Shown here in pieces: positions 9,026 through 18,809 of a stretch of 64,000 nt of DNA (position 1 is its first letter; each line of letters begins with the position of its first letter). A model generated the notes under the pieces. It was given only the letters and a program-made list of their open reading frames with translations, searched no databases and was not told where the DNA came from. Origin of the DNA: a virus; IMG/VR virus record IMGVR_UViG_3300019763_000006, positions 1 through 64,000 of that record; one strand, given 5' to 3'. The translations under genes were made by a program, and so were the position numbers.

Positions 9026-10370
9026 CAAGATTACTACTGTAAAAATTTTTCTGTTATAGTGCCGAATTTTAGGCACTATCTATAAACGTGTATTTTATCA
9101 CATATAAGATATACATCTAATAACTAATAATACCAATAATTACTATTATTTTACATTTAATTGTTTGATAATTGTATCAATATAGCATAATATACTATAA
9201 TTATAACTGATTATCTCTTAAAATATGTTATAATGCGTTCCATTCTATTTATAATCAATATGTATACTATCTAATACATAAACATTACCTAGCATTTTAA
9301 ATCAAAATAAGCCTATTTTAAGTCTACCATTTTATACCATTTAGCAGCTTTTACTACCAATTTCTTACATTGTCTTATAATACTCTATTATATGACATTT
9401 TAACAATAGCTATAAACGTGTAAATATCAACGTTTGAAAGCTTTTTGTAAATCATTTCCATATAGTAGGGGTACTTTAAAAATATCAACCCCTCCTTTTT
9501 TTACCATATCGGTTAGAGTACATCATCATCCACACCTCAACAAAAATTACACTTTCCACAAAAATTCCTCATCAATTTTTTTCTTATCTCCATTCCCACA
9601 TTATCCCACATCAAATTTTTTTCATCTTTTTTTTATTCATAAAAATTAGTTTTTTGTAAAATGATAAAAAAATAATCTTTTCTATTTTTTTATTTCCTTA
9701 GATTAAACCAATAATAAGTAAACTAAACCATATATCGTATTTTCATTCAACACAAACTAAATCATCCTAATTTTACTTAAACATAAAACAATCTTTACAT
9801 AAATATACAATATTATATTTTTAATAAACTACTATTTTTCAACATTTAAACCATTTTACATCAACAAAAAATCACACATCTTAAAAAAATTTCAACATCA
9901 CAAAAATATCCACTCATAAAAATTTTATCTCAAAATTCACAAAATTTCACATATCATTTTTATAACATCCCCATTGTCGTGCAAAATCCCATATCCTCAT
10001 ACCTGAACAAACTTTTTACCAAAAAATATTTTATATTTTAAAAATCATACAAAATTCTTAGCAGAGCAAAATCTCCATAATCCATCAAAAAATTACATGC
10101 TGTCCAAAAAATCATATCACTCAAAAACTCACTTGCTTCCCAGAATTTAAACATTTTAAAAGATTCTCTGCGACAATAATTAAATCAATATTTTTCAATT
10201 TATTATAAAACCAATTCGCTGTGCAAAAATCCAATTACCCTGCAAAATTCATTAAAAGTTCACAAAATAATAAAAAATCATAAAAACGACACCCCACAAA
10301 AAATTTTCATTATATCATAAATTATAAAATTATACAACAACAAAATTAAAAAATATTTTATAAAATAATA

Positions 10371-10399
10371 TTGACTTTTAATAAAAATAATGATATTCT
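10371..10399 (+). promoter_or_regulatory. Sigma-A promoter of helicase-like gene
   Basis: TTGACT-17-TATTCT with TG extension. Confidence 0.6.
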
Positions 10400-10426
10400 A
10401 AAAATAAAAACGGAGGAGCAAAAATT

Positions 10427-11626
10427 ATGTGCAAAATTAAAGTAGTGGATTCAATTATGGGGAGTGGTAAAACTGGAAGCATGATAAACTATATAAACAA
10501 TAATCCAGATGAAAATTTTATTTTTATCACTCCATACCTAAATGAAATTAAGCGTGTAAAAAATGCTACAAAAGAAAAAAATAAAATGTATGAACCCAAT
10601 TTTTTTAATAAAACAAGTAAAAAAGATGATTTTCATAAATTACTATCTGAAGGAAAGAGTGTCTGCTCAACTCATGCATTATTTAGAAAAGCAGATGATG
10701 TTACAAGATTATCATTAAAAGCAAATGATTATATTCTAATACTTGATGAGGTTATGAATATTGTTGAGGAAATTTCTTTTTCAGAAAAAGATATGGAAAT
10801 ATTATTCAGTAATAATTTTGTTTATGTAGAAGATGATTTTTTAAAGTGGAATAAAGAAAAAATAGATTATAATGGGAAATTTAATGAAATTAAAAATATG
10901 GCGTTAAATAATAATTTGATTTATGTAGCAAATAAACTTATATTCTGGAATTTTCCAGTTGATATTTTTAAATATTTTAAAGAAGTTTATATTCTAACAT
11001 ATATGTTCGACTGCCAAATACAACGATATTATTATGATTTTCATAATATAGAATATAATAAATTTCAGATAGATGATAATCATAAGATGGTAGAATATAA
11101 TAATAAACTATATTCTAAAAGAAGAAATGAATTAAAATCATTAATAAGTATTTATGAAGGTAAATATAATTTAATAGGAGATGAAAAATTTGCTTTATCA
11201 AAATCATGGTTTGAGAAATATAAAGATGATTTAGTTCCTATACTAAAGAAAAATTTATATAATTATTTTAATAACAAAGGAATAAAGAGTAAATTTAAAT
11301 TATGGACAACATTTAAAAAATATAGAAGTTTATTATCAAGCAAAGGATATACTAAAAGTTTTATACCCCTAAATACAAGAGCAACAAATTTATATCAAGA
11401 TAGTTACCAAATAGCATATTGTTGTAATAAATATGTAAGACCCACTATAAAAACCTTTTTTAGTAAAAGACAAATATCTATAAACGAAGATGATTATGCA
11501 TTATCTGAAATGTTACAATGGATTTGGAGAAGTAGAGTTAGACAAAATCAAAAAATTAATATATATATTCCATCAAAACGTATGAGAAATTTATTAATAA
11601 AATGGCTACATGATGAGAGTAAATAA
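10427..11626 (+). CDS. SF2-helicase-like P-loop protein
   Basis: Walker A MGSGKT, Walker B ILDEV, C-terminal QWIWRSRVR; RBS GGAGG. Confidence 0.75.
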   Translation: MCKIKVVDSIMGSGKTGSMINYINNNPDENFIFITPYLNEIKRVKNATKEKNKMYEPNFFNKTSKKDDFHKLLSEGKSVCSTHALFRKADDVTRLSLKANDYILILDEVMNIVEEISFSEKDMEILFSNNFVYVEDDFLKWNKEKIDYNGKFNEIKNMALNNNLIYVANKLIFWNFPVDIFKYFKEVYILTYMFDCQIQRYYYDFHNIEYNKFQIDDNHKMVEYNNKLYSKRRNELKSLISIYEGKYNLIGDEKFALSKSWFEKYKDDLVPILKKNLYNYFNNKGIKSKFKLWTTFKKYRSLLSSKGYTKSFIPLNTRATNLYQDSYQIAYCCNKYVRPTIKTFFSKRQISINEDDYALSEMLQWIWRSRVRQNQKINIYIPSKRMRNLLIKWLHDESK

Positions 11627-12601
11627 AACACCTAAAAATATGATTTTAGAACATTTTTGAAAATATTTTTACTAAAATTGATTTTTCAACCTCTGTAACC
11701 GTTGTAATCACTTGCTTTCATTTTTAGCCCCTTAAAGAAAAAGAATATTTATTTACTAAAGATAAAAAGAGTCTAAAAAATAATAAAATAAAGGATTGTG
11801 CTTGCACAAGACTAGAATGGGTAAACATCTTTTTGTTTACTCATTTAATGTTTTGACCTTTATTTTGATTTTCTAAATTATATTATGTTTATTTTGTATA
11901 TTTAATTTGTATTTAAATTATCTAAAAATAATTAAAAATTACTCAAGTAAATTTTACTACTTTTTTTCGTAGAAAAGTTCAAAGCCACCGAAATAAGCAA
12001 AAAATAGAATGGCTTGATTTCAACGTTTGTTTAGTGTTGAAAAATTTAAAAAAGTATTTAAAAGTAGTAAAACAAAAAACTAAATGTGTATTTTGCAAGG
12101 CTTTAGCTAAAATCCCTTAAAAAGAAGTATATTATTAGTAGTAAAAAGGAATAAAAGTAATAAATTAATTAAAAGATAGAAAGCAAATGAAAAAGATATT
12201 TGCTTAACGTTTGTGTTTAAAAACACAACCGTATATTTGTCTCTTTTTTCTTTATTTAAAAAACAAAAACATATCTTTACAAGAATTAATGTAAATGTGT
12301 ATTATTTTATTATACAATGTTTTATTTTTATATAAAGTTTACTAATTATACAATACTCATCATCCTCAATAAATATAATTATGTCTAAGAAGTCTTTTAA
12401 TCTTTTCATTATTCATGAACTTGCAAATGACCTAACATCTAAAGCTTTAAAATAGTCCTATTTTTAATTCTAATTTTCTATCAATAAATCTATCGACTAT
12501 ATAATAAAAATCAAAATAACGTCAATCTCGAAGCTCTCATGTCATACCATACATTTTTACATAAAAAGAAACTATAAATTAATATAGTTTCATAATTTTG
12601 T

Positions 12602-13189
12602 CTAAGATATGTTTTTCATAAACCATAAATTATAATTATTACCAGCCACATCTTGATGCATTAATAAAATACTTTCATCAAAAAACAATTTTAATTTATT
12701 CACAACTTTATTTGTTGAGCTTATAAATAAATATTTTGCTTTTGACAGTTCATTAATTTCAAGATTTTCTTGTTCTTCATTTGAAAAATATCCTATACTC
12801 ATACAAGAAATAACTGTTTTATCATGTAAATCAATATTTGTATCTTGAGGAAATCTCCCTTGTATAAATTTGTGTGCTATCTCATCAGTCTTGAACCAAT
12901 TTATATGACAAAAATCTATTCCTATATACTCCATATCTTTAAATAAATATGATTGTATACCCAATTCACATCCTATATCTATCACAGAATTAACATTCAA
13001 TTTTAAAATTTCTTTACAGATTGTTAGATATTTATCTTCAAAAAATAAGAAACTCTCTGGAAAAGGTAATTCCTCACATTTATAACAAGACAACTTATCT
13101 TTTACAAAAGGATATATGACAGACCTATTCCCATCATATTGTTCTAACAACGCATTAATTTCTTCTTCGCAAAATCTCACTTCAATCAC
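12602..13189 (-). CDS. Class I SAM-dependent methyltransferase-like protein
   Basis: VIDIGCELG motif I, YIGID motif II. Confidence 0.7.
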   Translation of the reverse strand: MIEVRFCEEEINALLEQYDGNRSVIYPFVKDKLSCYKCEELPFPESFLFFEDKYLTICKEILKLNVNSVIDIGCELGIQSYLFKDMEYIGIDFCHINWFKTDEIAHKFIQGRFPQDTNIDLHDKTVISCMSIGYFSNEEQENLEINELSKAKYLFISSTNKVVNKLKLFFDESILLMHQDVAGNNYNLWFMKNIS

Positions 13190-13355
13190 TCCTATTTAAT
13201 TATTATTGTCCAAGACATCTTTTAGCTACTTTTCTAAGCATCCAATCTAAGGCTTTAAAATAGCCCTAATTTTGATTTTAATTTTCAATCGATAGATTAT
13301 ACCTATTTTATATAAAAACTAAAAATAAGTATATTTAAATCAATCTGATAATATT

Positions 13356-13703
13356 TTAGTTGCCATTTCTATTTTTAATATTGTTATTAATAAAAATTTC
13401 ATATCTAATGCTGAGCAACTTTAATATATCACTTGTAGCAAAATAATTTATCATTATTAATATTCCAAGAATCAAAACAGAAAATATTCTTTTAAAAATT
13501 ATTATCTTTGTATCACAAAACAAATTTCTGACATCCTCATAATTAATAATATTACAACAAAAATAATATAACAATACCAAAATCATGACATTTATTAATA
13601 TCATTATAAAACTCAACAATATTAATTTTAAATCATCCACATCTTGTTTAGCCATTTCGATTAAATTTTTCCTGTATTCATAAAATTTTTTCATATCATT
13701 CAC
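13356..13703 (-). CDS. Small membrane protein (2 TM)
   Basis: Two hydrophobic segments; RBS AAGGAG. Confidence 0.65.
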   Translation of the reverse strand: MNDMKKFYEYRKNLIEMAKQDVDDLKLILLSFIMILINVMILVLLYYFCCNIINYEDVRNLFCDTKIIIFKRIFSVLILGILIMINYFATSDILKLLSIRYEIFINNNIKNRNGN

Positions 13704-14164
13704 TCCTTATACTACAATAATAACATACAAATTAATTATTGTAAAGATATTTTTTAAAAATGTCTGTAAAACATAGATATGCTTTCTAAGGCTTTAAAAT
13801 AGCTCTAAAATCAATTTTAATATTTAGCCAATGAATTATACTACTTTATAATAAAAATCAAATGCATGTATCAAATTTTTATTCTGAATATATAATATAG
13901 TATTTTCTTATAATATTTATGAATTTTATAAAATAATTAGTTAAAATTTAAAAAATAAACAAAAATATCAAAATAAATTAATATGCGTTTAGAGGCTTTA
14001 AAATGTGCCTAATTTTGATTTTAATATCTTTAGGTAAAATGTATAGGCGTAGCAAAATGTAATTAAATAAAATAGCATATATTAATCTGTGTCATATTTT
14101 TTTATTACTTCATTATATAACAAAATTTAATTTATATTATCAAAGAAATGTTTTAGATTTTAAA

Positions 14165-14272
14165 TTGACAAAAATAAAATAATATGATAATCTAAAGTTG
14201 TTGAAGTGTTTCCAGAATAAAATGATAAATTTGATAAAACCTATTGATTTTTGTTTAGAAATATGATATAGT
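14165..14272 (+). promoter_or_regulatory. Tandem sigma-A promoters of the RNAP operon
   Basis: TTGACA-17-TAATCT (14165-14193) and TTGATT-17-TATAGT (14244-14272), both with TG extension. Confidence 0.65.
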
Positions 14273-14304
14273 GGATGTATAGAAAAAATAAAAAGGAGGT
14301 CAAA

Positions 14305-14610
14305 ATGGATAAAACGGCATTAGCAATATTGTATAAAAAATTTAGAATAGGTAGAGTGATTATTTATGGGAATAAAATTAAACATATAAAAAATGATTTT
14401 TATAAATGTATTAATGAATTATTTTTAAGTGTTTTACAAATAATTATTACGCCATTTAGATTATTAAAAATTATTTACGATTTATTACCAAAAATTAGAA
14501 TATGTACAGAAGATATAGACACAATTAAAAAATTAGAAAATATTCATATTCAAAAAGTAAAAGAATTAGAAAAATCTGGAATTCTCAAAAAGTTTAAAAA
14601 AGAAAAATAA
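14305..14610 (+). CDS. Hypothetical protein
   Basis: Track ORF 14275-14610; likely start ATG 14305 after AAGGAGG. Confidence 0.6.
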   Translation: MDKTALAILYKKFRIGRVIIYGNKIKHIKNDFYKCINELFLSVLQIIITPFRLLKIIYDLLPKIRICTEDIDTIKKLENIHIQKVKELEKSGILKKFKKEK

Positions 14611-14633
14611 CAAGTATAAATGGAGGGGTATAA

Positions 14634-14975
14634 ATGAGTAAAAGTTTTAAAGCATGCGGTAAAATTCAATTTGGTAAAGATTATTTTATGAATAATGGAT
14701 TTGGTGAAACTAAAAAAATACTTTCTACAGATATTGGAATAATAACAGCTAATGGGAACGTAGTGGTTCAAACTGGAGAATTGAAAGGTAAAATATTACC
14801 TGCTTCGATGGGTGGTTTTGAAATTGAAGGTGTTGATACTGAAGTTTTATCAACTTTAGTATTAGAAAAATTAAAAAACACCTTACCACGCTTTAGTGAA
14901 TATCTTGATGAAAATGAAGTTAAAGAAGATGATTTATTAGATAATCTATGGGATATTTTAAGTGATTATTTATAA
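14634..14975 (+). CDS. Hypothetical protein
   Basis: 113 aa, RBS GGAGG. Confidence 0.7.
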   Translation: MSKSFKACGKIQFGKDYFMNNGFGETKKILSTDIGIITANGNVVVQTGELKGKILPASMGGFEIEGVDTEVLSTLVLEKLKNTLPRFSEYLDENEVKEDDLLDNLWDILSDYL

Positions 14976-14999
14976 TTTTATAAAAAAGAGGTGAAATAA

Positions 15000-15302
15000 A
15001 TGTATAATAAATTCAATATTGGATTATTTGATAAAAACGGAATAGAGTTTAAAATAAATGATAAGGTATTATTTTTAGGAGAAGAAGGCGAAATTTGTTA
15101 TGAATGTGGAGCGTTTGGCATTGCATTTGAAAATCATATTAACTATAATAAAATAGAAAAAGAATTATGCAATATGGATATATATAATTTAACAAGATTT
15201 TATGGAGTTTTCAATGATAATTTTATTTCATTTTGGGAAATTTATTGGAATTTTGATTGTGAAGATAATTATATGTATAATATAGAAATCATTAAAAAAT
15301 AA
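15000..15302 (+). CDS. YopX-like protein
   Basis: IGLFDKNGIEF-INDKV...GAFG...NIEII pattern of the YopX family. Confidence 0.6.
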   Translation: MYNKFNIGLFDKNGIEFKINDKVLFLGEEGEICYECGAFGIAFENHINYNKIEKELCNMDIYNLTRFYGVFNDNFISFWEIYWNFDCEDNYMYNIEIIKK

Positions 15303-15374
15303 AAAGGGTGTGAATATTATAAGAATAAATACTATTAAACAATTATTTTTAAAAGAAAGGAGTATTAAGAGATA

Positions 15375-15617
15375 ATGACATATGAGCAAAATTACAAAAA
15401 ATATTTAGATTATATATTTGAACAAAAAGAAAAAAATAAAGAAAATTATATAGAAAAATTAAATAGATATGATTATTTAGATGATTATATTAACCATGTT
15501 CTTTGTGGATATACTAAAATAGAATATGGTTGGAAAAAGGAATTGAAATCCTGTGAATGTGGGGGGTGTATTATAAATGGTATATGTAATTACTGTGGAA
15601 AAGAAATTATAAAATAA
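15375..15617 (+). CDS. Small zinc-ribbon protein
   Basis: CECGG...CNYCG. Confidence 0.65.
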   Translation: MTYEQNYKKYLDYIFEQKEKNKENYIEKLNRYDYLDDYINHVLCGYTKIEYGWKKELKSCECGGCIINGICNYCGKEIIK

Positions 15618-15666
15618 TTATATTATGAAATTTTATAAAAATAAAACATAAAGGAGATGACAAAAT

Positions 15667-18246
15667 TTGGCGTTAGATAAACAAATTCATGTATATAGTG
15701 TTGATACTTCTGCATTTTATAACCAATATGAACAAAGAATTGCAAAACTAATGAGTAAATATTATCATAGAAGATATAATTTGATTAATAAGAAAACAAA
15801 TACAGATAATGAAAAAAAAGAAATATATGAATGTAATAAAAAAATAAAAAAATATAAAAAACTTTTAAAAAAAATAATAAAGAAAAATTATAAATTTGGA
15901 TTAGCTTTAAATGATGATAGTATACGAAGATTTAATCTAAAACATAAAAGAGATTCAAATATAGTATCTGTTTTTGATTCATTTTTAACAAGAACAATAG
16001 GAGCAGAAATTGGCAAGATAACCGATGATATTATTATAGTGCAGACTTACTTTTATGAAATTTTTGAAGATATTGTAAATAATGGATTTTATATGAACAA
16101 TGAAAAATATAAAATATTCACAGCCTCTGCTGGGCAAATAAGAACTAAAAAAACTGTTTTTATTAAAGAATCAGTTTGGAATAAATATAAAAATACTCTT
16201 ACTTGTGGACTATCAATAGATAAAATAAATAAATTAGGTGGCACAAATGTTAATAAATATTTAGCTTATTTAGCTTTAACTAATAGTGCTACTGATTTAT
16301 GGGATGACTTTAATATTGATAAATGTATTGTAGTAGATGATTTTGAAACAAATATTATTACAAATGTAGATTATATAGATGAAAAAACTTATAATATTGA
16401 ACAAAACAAAAGAATGGAAGTTCCTATTCCACATATGGATGGATGTGGAATTTATATTGGACATTCTGCGTTTATGATAAGAATCCCATGGATAAAAGGA
16501 TTATTAGTCCCTTATGATTATGTTATGTTTATTAATGAAAATATAAAAAAATTCCCAAAATGCAATATTATAAAAGATATTTATGGTAAAAAATGGGATA
16601 TAATTAAAGATGATATACAAGTAATATTTACAAAATCACAATTTAAAATGTGGAAATTTTATAATTCATGGGAAGATTATAAAAATAACTTCAAAAAATA
16701 TAAATGTACTGCTGGAAAATGTAATGAAGAACCTGAATATAGAAAAGATGCAAAAGTAAATTATCAAATGATGCAAACATTAGTAGATATTAGTGAGTCC
16801 GAGTTAAAAAAACTTGCAAAGCCATTAAATGATAAAATTGATAAAATAACACATAATAAAGATAGTATGTTAAAAGTTCTTGGTGTTGATAAATATAATA
16901 AAAACAAGAATAATCTACAAAAAGCACTAGAATTATATCCACAATTATTAAAAGATGAACATTGTAAAAATCTATTAAGACAATTAAGAAATAAATTAAT
17001 AAAAGAAGGTAAATCTGGGAAATTACCAATGTCTGCAAAGTATACTTTTTTAATACCTGACTTATATGCTTTTAGTGAATGGTTGTTTTTAAAGAAAGAA
17101 AACCCTAAAGGATTATTAGAAAATGGAGAAGTTTCATGTAGATTATTTAATAATAATAAAAAATTAGATGTTTTAAGGTCACCACATTTATATTTTGAAC
17201 ATTGTATTAGGAAGAATAAAGTTAATACTTTATTAAATAAATGGTTTATATGTGATGGAATTTATACTAGTTGTCATGATGCAATATCAAAAGTACTGAT
17301 GTTCGATAATGATGGAGATCAGGCTCTTGTCAATGAAAATAATACATGGGTATCTATCTCTGAAAGAAATTTTAATGCAATTCAACCTAAGCCACTATAT
17401 TATGAAATGAAAAAAGCAAATGGGCATAATTTATCAAATAAGACATTTTATGAAGGTATGATGAACGCTTATTCTGGTGGAAATATTGGGATTTATTCTA
17501 ATGACATCTCAAAAGTATTAAATAGTGATAATGTTAATTGGGATGTTATAAAATATTTATGTATGGAGAATAATTTTGTAATTGATTATGCTAAAACATT
17601 ATATAAACCTAAAAGACCTTCTACAATTAATAACTTAATCAAAAAATATACTAAAAATAAAACGCCTTATTTTTTTAAATATGCAAAAGATAAAAATGAT
17701 AATCAAGTTGAAAAAATTAACCAATCTACGGTAAATAAATTAAATAATATAATAAAAAATAAAAGAATATCATTTAATTCAAAGGGATTTGGAAGATTTA
17801 ACTATAAAGACTTAATGAGTGATAAGGATGTATTAATAAATGATGAAATTATAGACACGTATAAGAAAGTATGTCGTAGTAGAGGAAGGATAATGCAAAA
17901 TTCTACTTACAATAGTGATATAAGTTATAATTATCTATATCAAGTTATAAGAGAAAAAATATTAGAAGTAAATAATGATGAAGTATATGTAACAGATGTT
18001 TTAGTAAAATATCTTTTTTCAAAAAAAACAAAAGATAAAACAATATTATGGAACTCTTTTGGAGATATTATAGTAAAAAATATAGAAAATAATATAGCTA
18101 ATTTAATGGAAAAAGGATATAAAGGATGTACTATTTGTGGTAAATTATATAAATCAAAATCAAACCGCACAAAATACTGTGAAAAATGTGCAAGGGAAAT
18201 TCAATTAGAGCATGCAAGGAATTATAAAGATAAAATAAGATGTTAA
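15667..18246 (+). CDS. yonO: YonO-like single-subunit two-barrel DNA-dependent RNA polymerase
   Basis: Catalytic MFDNDGD (DxDGD), upstream RSPH, SAGQIR and DGCG motifs, IDYAK, C-terminal zinc finger; 859 aa; lies before the late operon as in SPbeta. Confidence 0.92.
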   Translation: MALDKQIHVYSVDTSAFYNQYEQRIAKLMSKYYHRRYNLINKKTNTDNEKKEIYECNKKIKKYKKLLKKIIKKNYKFGLALNDDSIRRFNLKHKRDSNIVSVFDSFLTRTIGAEIGKITDDIIIVQTYFYEIFEDIVNNGFYMNNEKYKIFTASAGQIRTKKTVFIKESVWNKYKNTLTCGLSIDKINKLGGTNVNKYLAYLALTNSATDLWDDFNIDKCIVVDDFETNIITNVDYIDEKTYNIEQNKRMEVPIPHMDGCGIYIGHSAFMIRIPWIKGLLVPYDYVMFINENIKKFPKCNIIKDIYGKKWDIIKDDIQVIFTKSQFKMWKFYNSWEDYKNNFKKYKCTAGKCNEEPEYRKDAKVNYQMMQTLVDISESELKKLAKPLNDKIDKITHNKDSMLKVLGVDKYNKNKNNLQKALELYPQLLKDEHCKNLLRQLRNKLIKEGKSGKLPMSAKYTFLIPDLYAFSEWLFLKKENPKGLLENGEVSCRLFNNNKKLDVLRSPHLYFEHCIRKNKVNTLLNKWFICDGIYTSCHDAISKVLMFDNDGDQALVNENNTWVSISERNFNAIQPKPLYYEMKKANGHNLSNKTFYEGMMNAYSGGNIGIYSNDISKVLNSDNVNWDVIKYLCMENNFVIDYAKTLYKPKRPSTINNLIKKYTKNKTPYFFKYAKDKNDNQVEKINQSTVNKLNNIIKNKRISFNSKGFGRFNYKDLMSDKDVLINDEIIDTYKKVCRSRGRIMQNSTYNSDISYNYLYQVIREKILEVNNDEVYVTDVLVKYLFSKKTKDKTILWNSFGDIIVKNIENNIANLMEKGYKGCTICGKLYKSKSNRTKYCEKCAREIQLEHARNYKDKIRC

Positions 18247-18433
18247 ATATTTTGGACAGTATTAGAAACCACCTTCAAACCATTGGAATCATCATATTTA
18301 TAAAGGTTTTTAAAAAAATAGGATTTTATAAAATAACGCTTTAAAACGTTGAAATATCAACAGTTGTAGAGGTTTTTATGAAAATGACATTTAGGGGAAT
18401 AAGACAATACTACAAAAATAATGCATTCCCTGT

Positions 18434-18460
18434 AGGGTAGATTAATCTACCCTTTTTTTT
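18434..18460 (+). terminator. Rho-independent terminator
   Basis: AGGGTAGA-TTAA-TCTACCCT followed by T-run. Confidence 0.8.
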
Positions 18461-18809
18461 AATAAAATTAATTAAGATATTTTTTATTAATAATTATAAT
18501 TTAAAATTAATAGAATTTTAATTTAATTACATAGTGAGATTCTGTAGTAGAATTGAGCTACCCATGACGCCTATTAATACAGAAGTGGTAGGAAGAGGTT
18601 GATAGTTATATCAATGGAATTTTATTCGGTAGATTGCATCGAAATCTTTAGGTTATATAGCCGTCAAAATGTGGTCTTAATTTAATAATAATATCTTATA
18701 TAAATGCTTCACAATGAGCAATAATCATTGATGATACAAATACGCCTCGCAATGAGCGACAAAAATTCATTGCAGAAATTCAAAACTAATAAGAAGTACT
18801 TGCACAGAA

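Larger units (their letters stand above)
12441..14095 (+). repeat. Four dispersed ~100-bp direct repeats (about 12441, 13249, 13788, 13993)
   Basis: Each begins RRGCTTTAAAATAGYCCTA-like, then ATTYTAAT; first three also share ATAAAAAY(C/T)AAA. Confidence 0.75.

Noticed and set aside
5586-9066. Spo0A boxes TGCCGAA at 5586 and 9060
   Set aside because: Degenerate 7-mers explained by a local repeat and not overlapping the identified promoters.
9601-9610. DnaA box
   Set aside because: TTATCCCACA has an extra base versus TTATCCACA and is solitary.
9434-9649. 71-aa plus-strand ORF
   Set aside because: No RBS; His/Phe/Pro-rich composition simply reflects the C-rich skewed tract.
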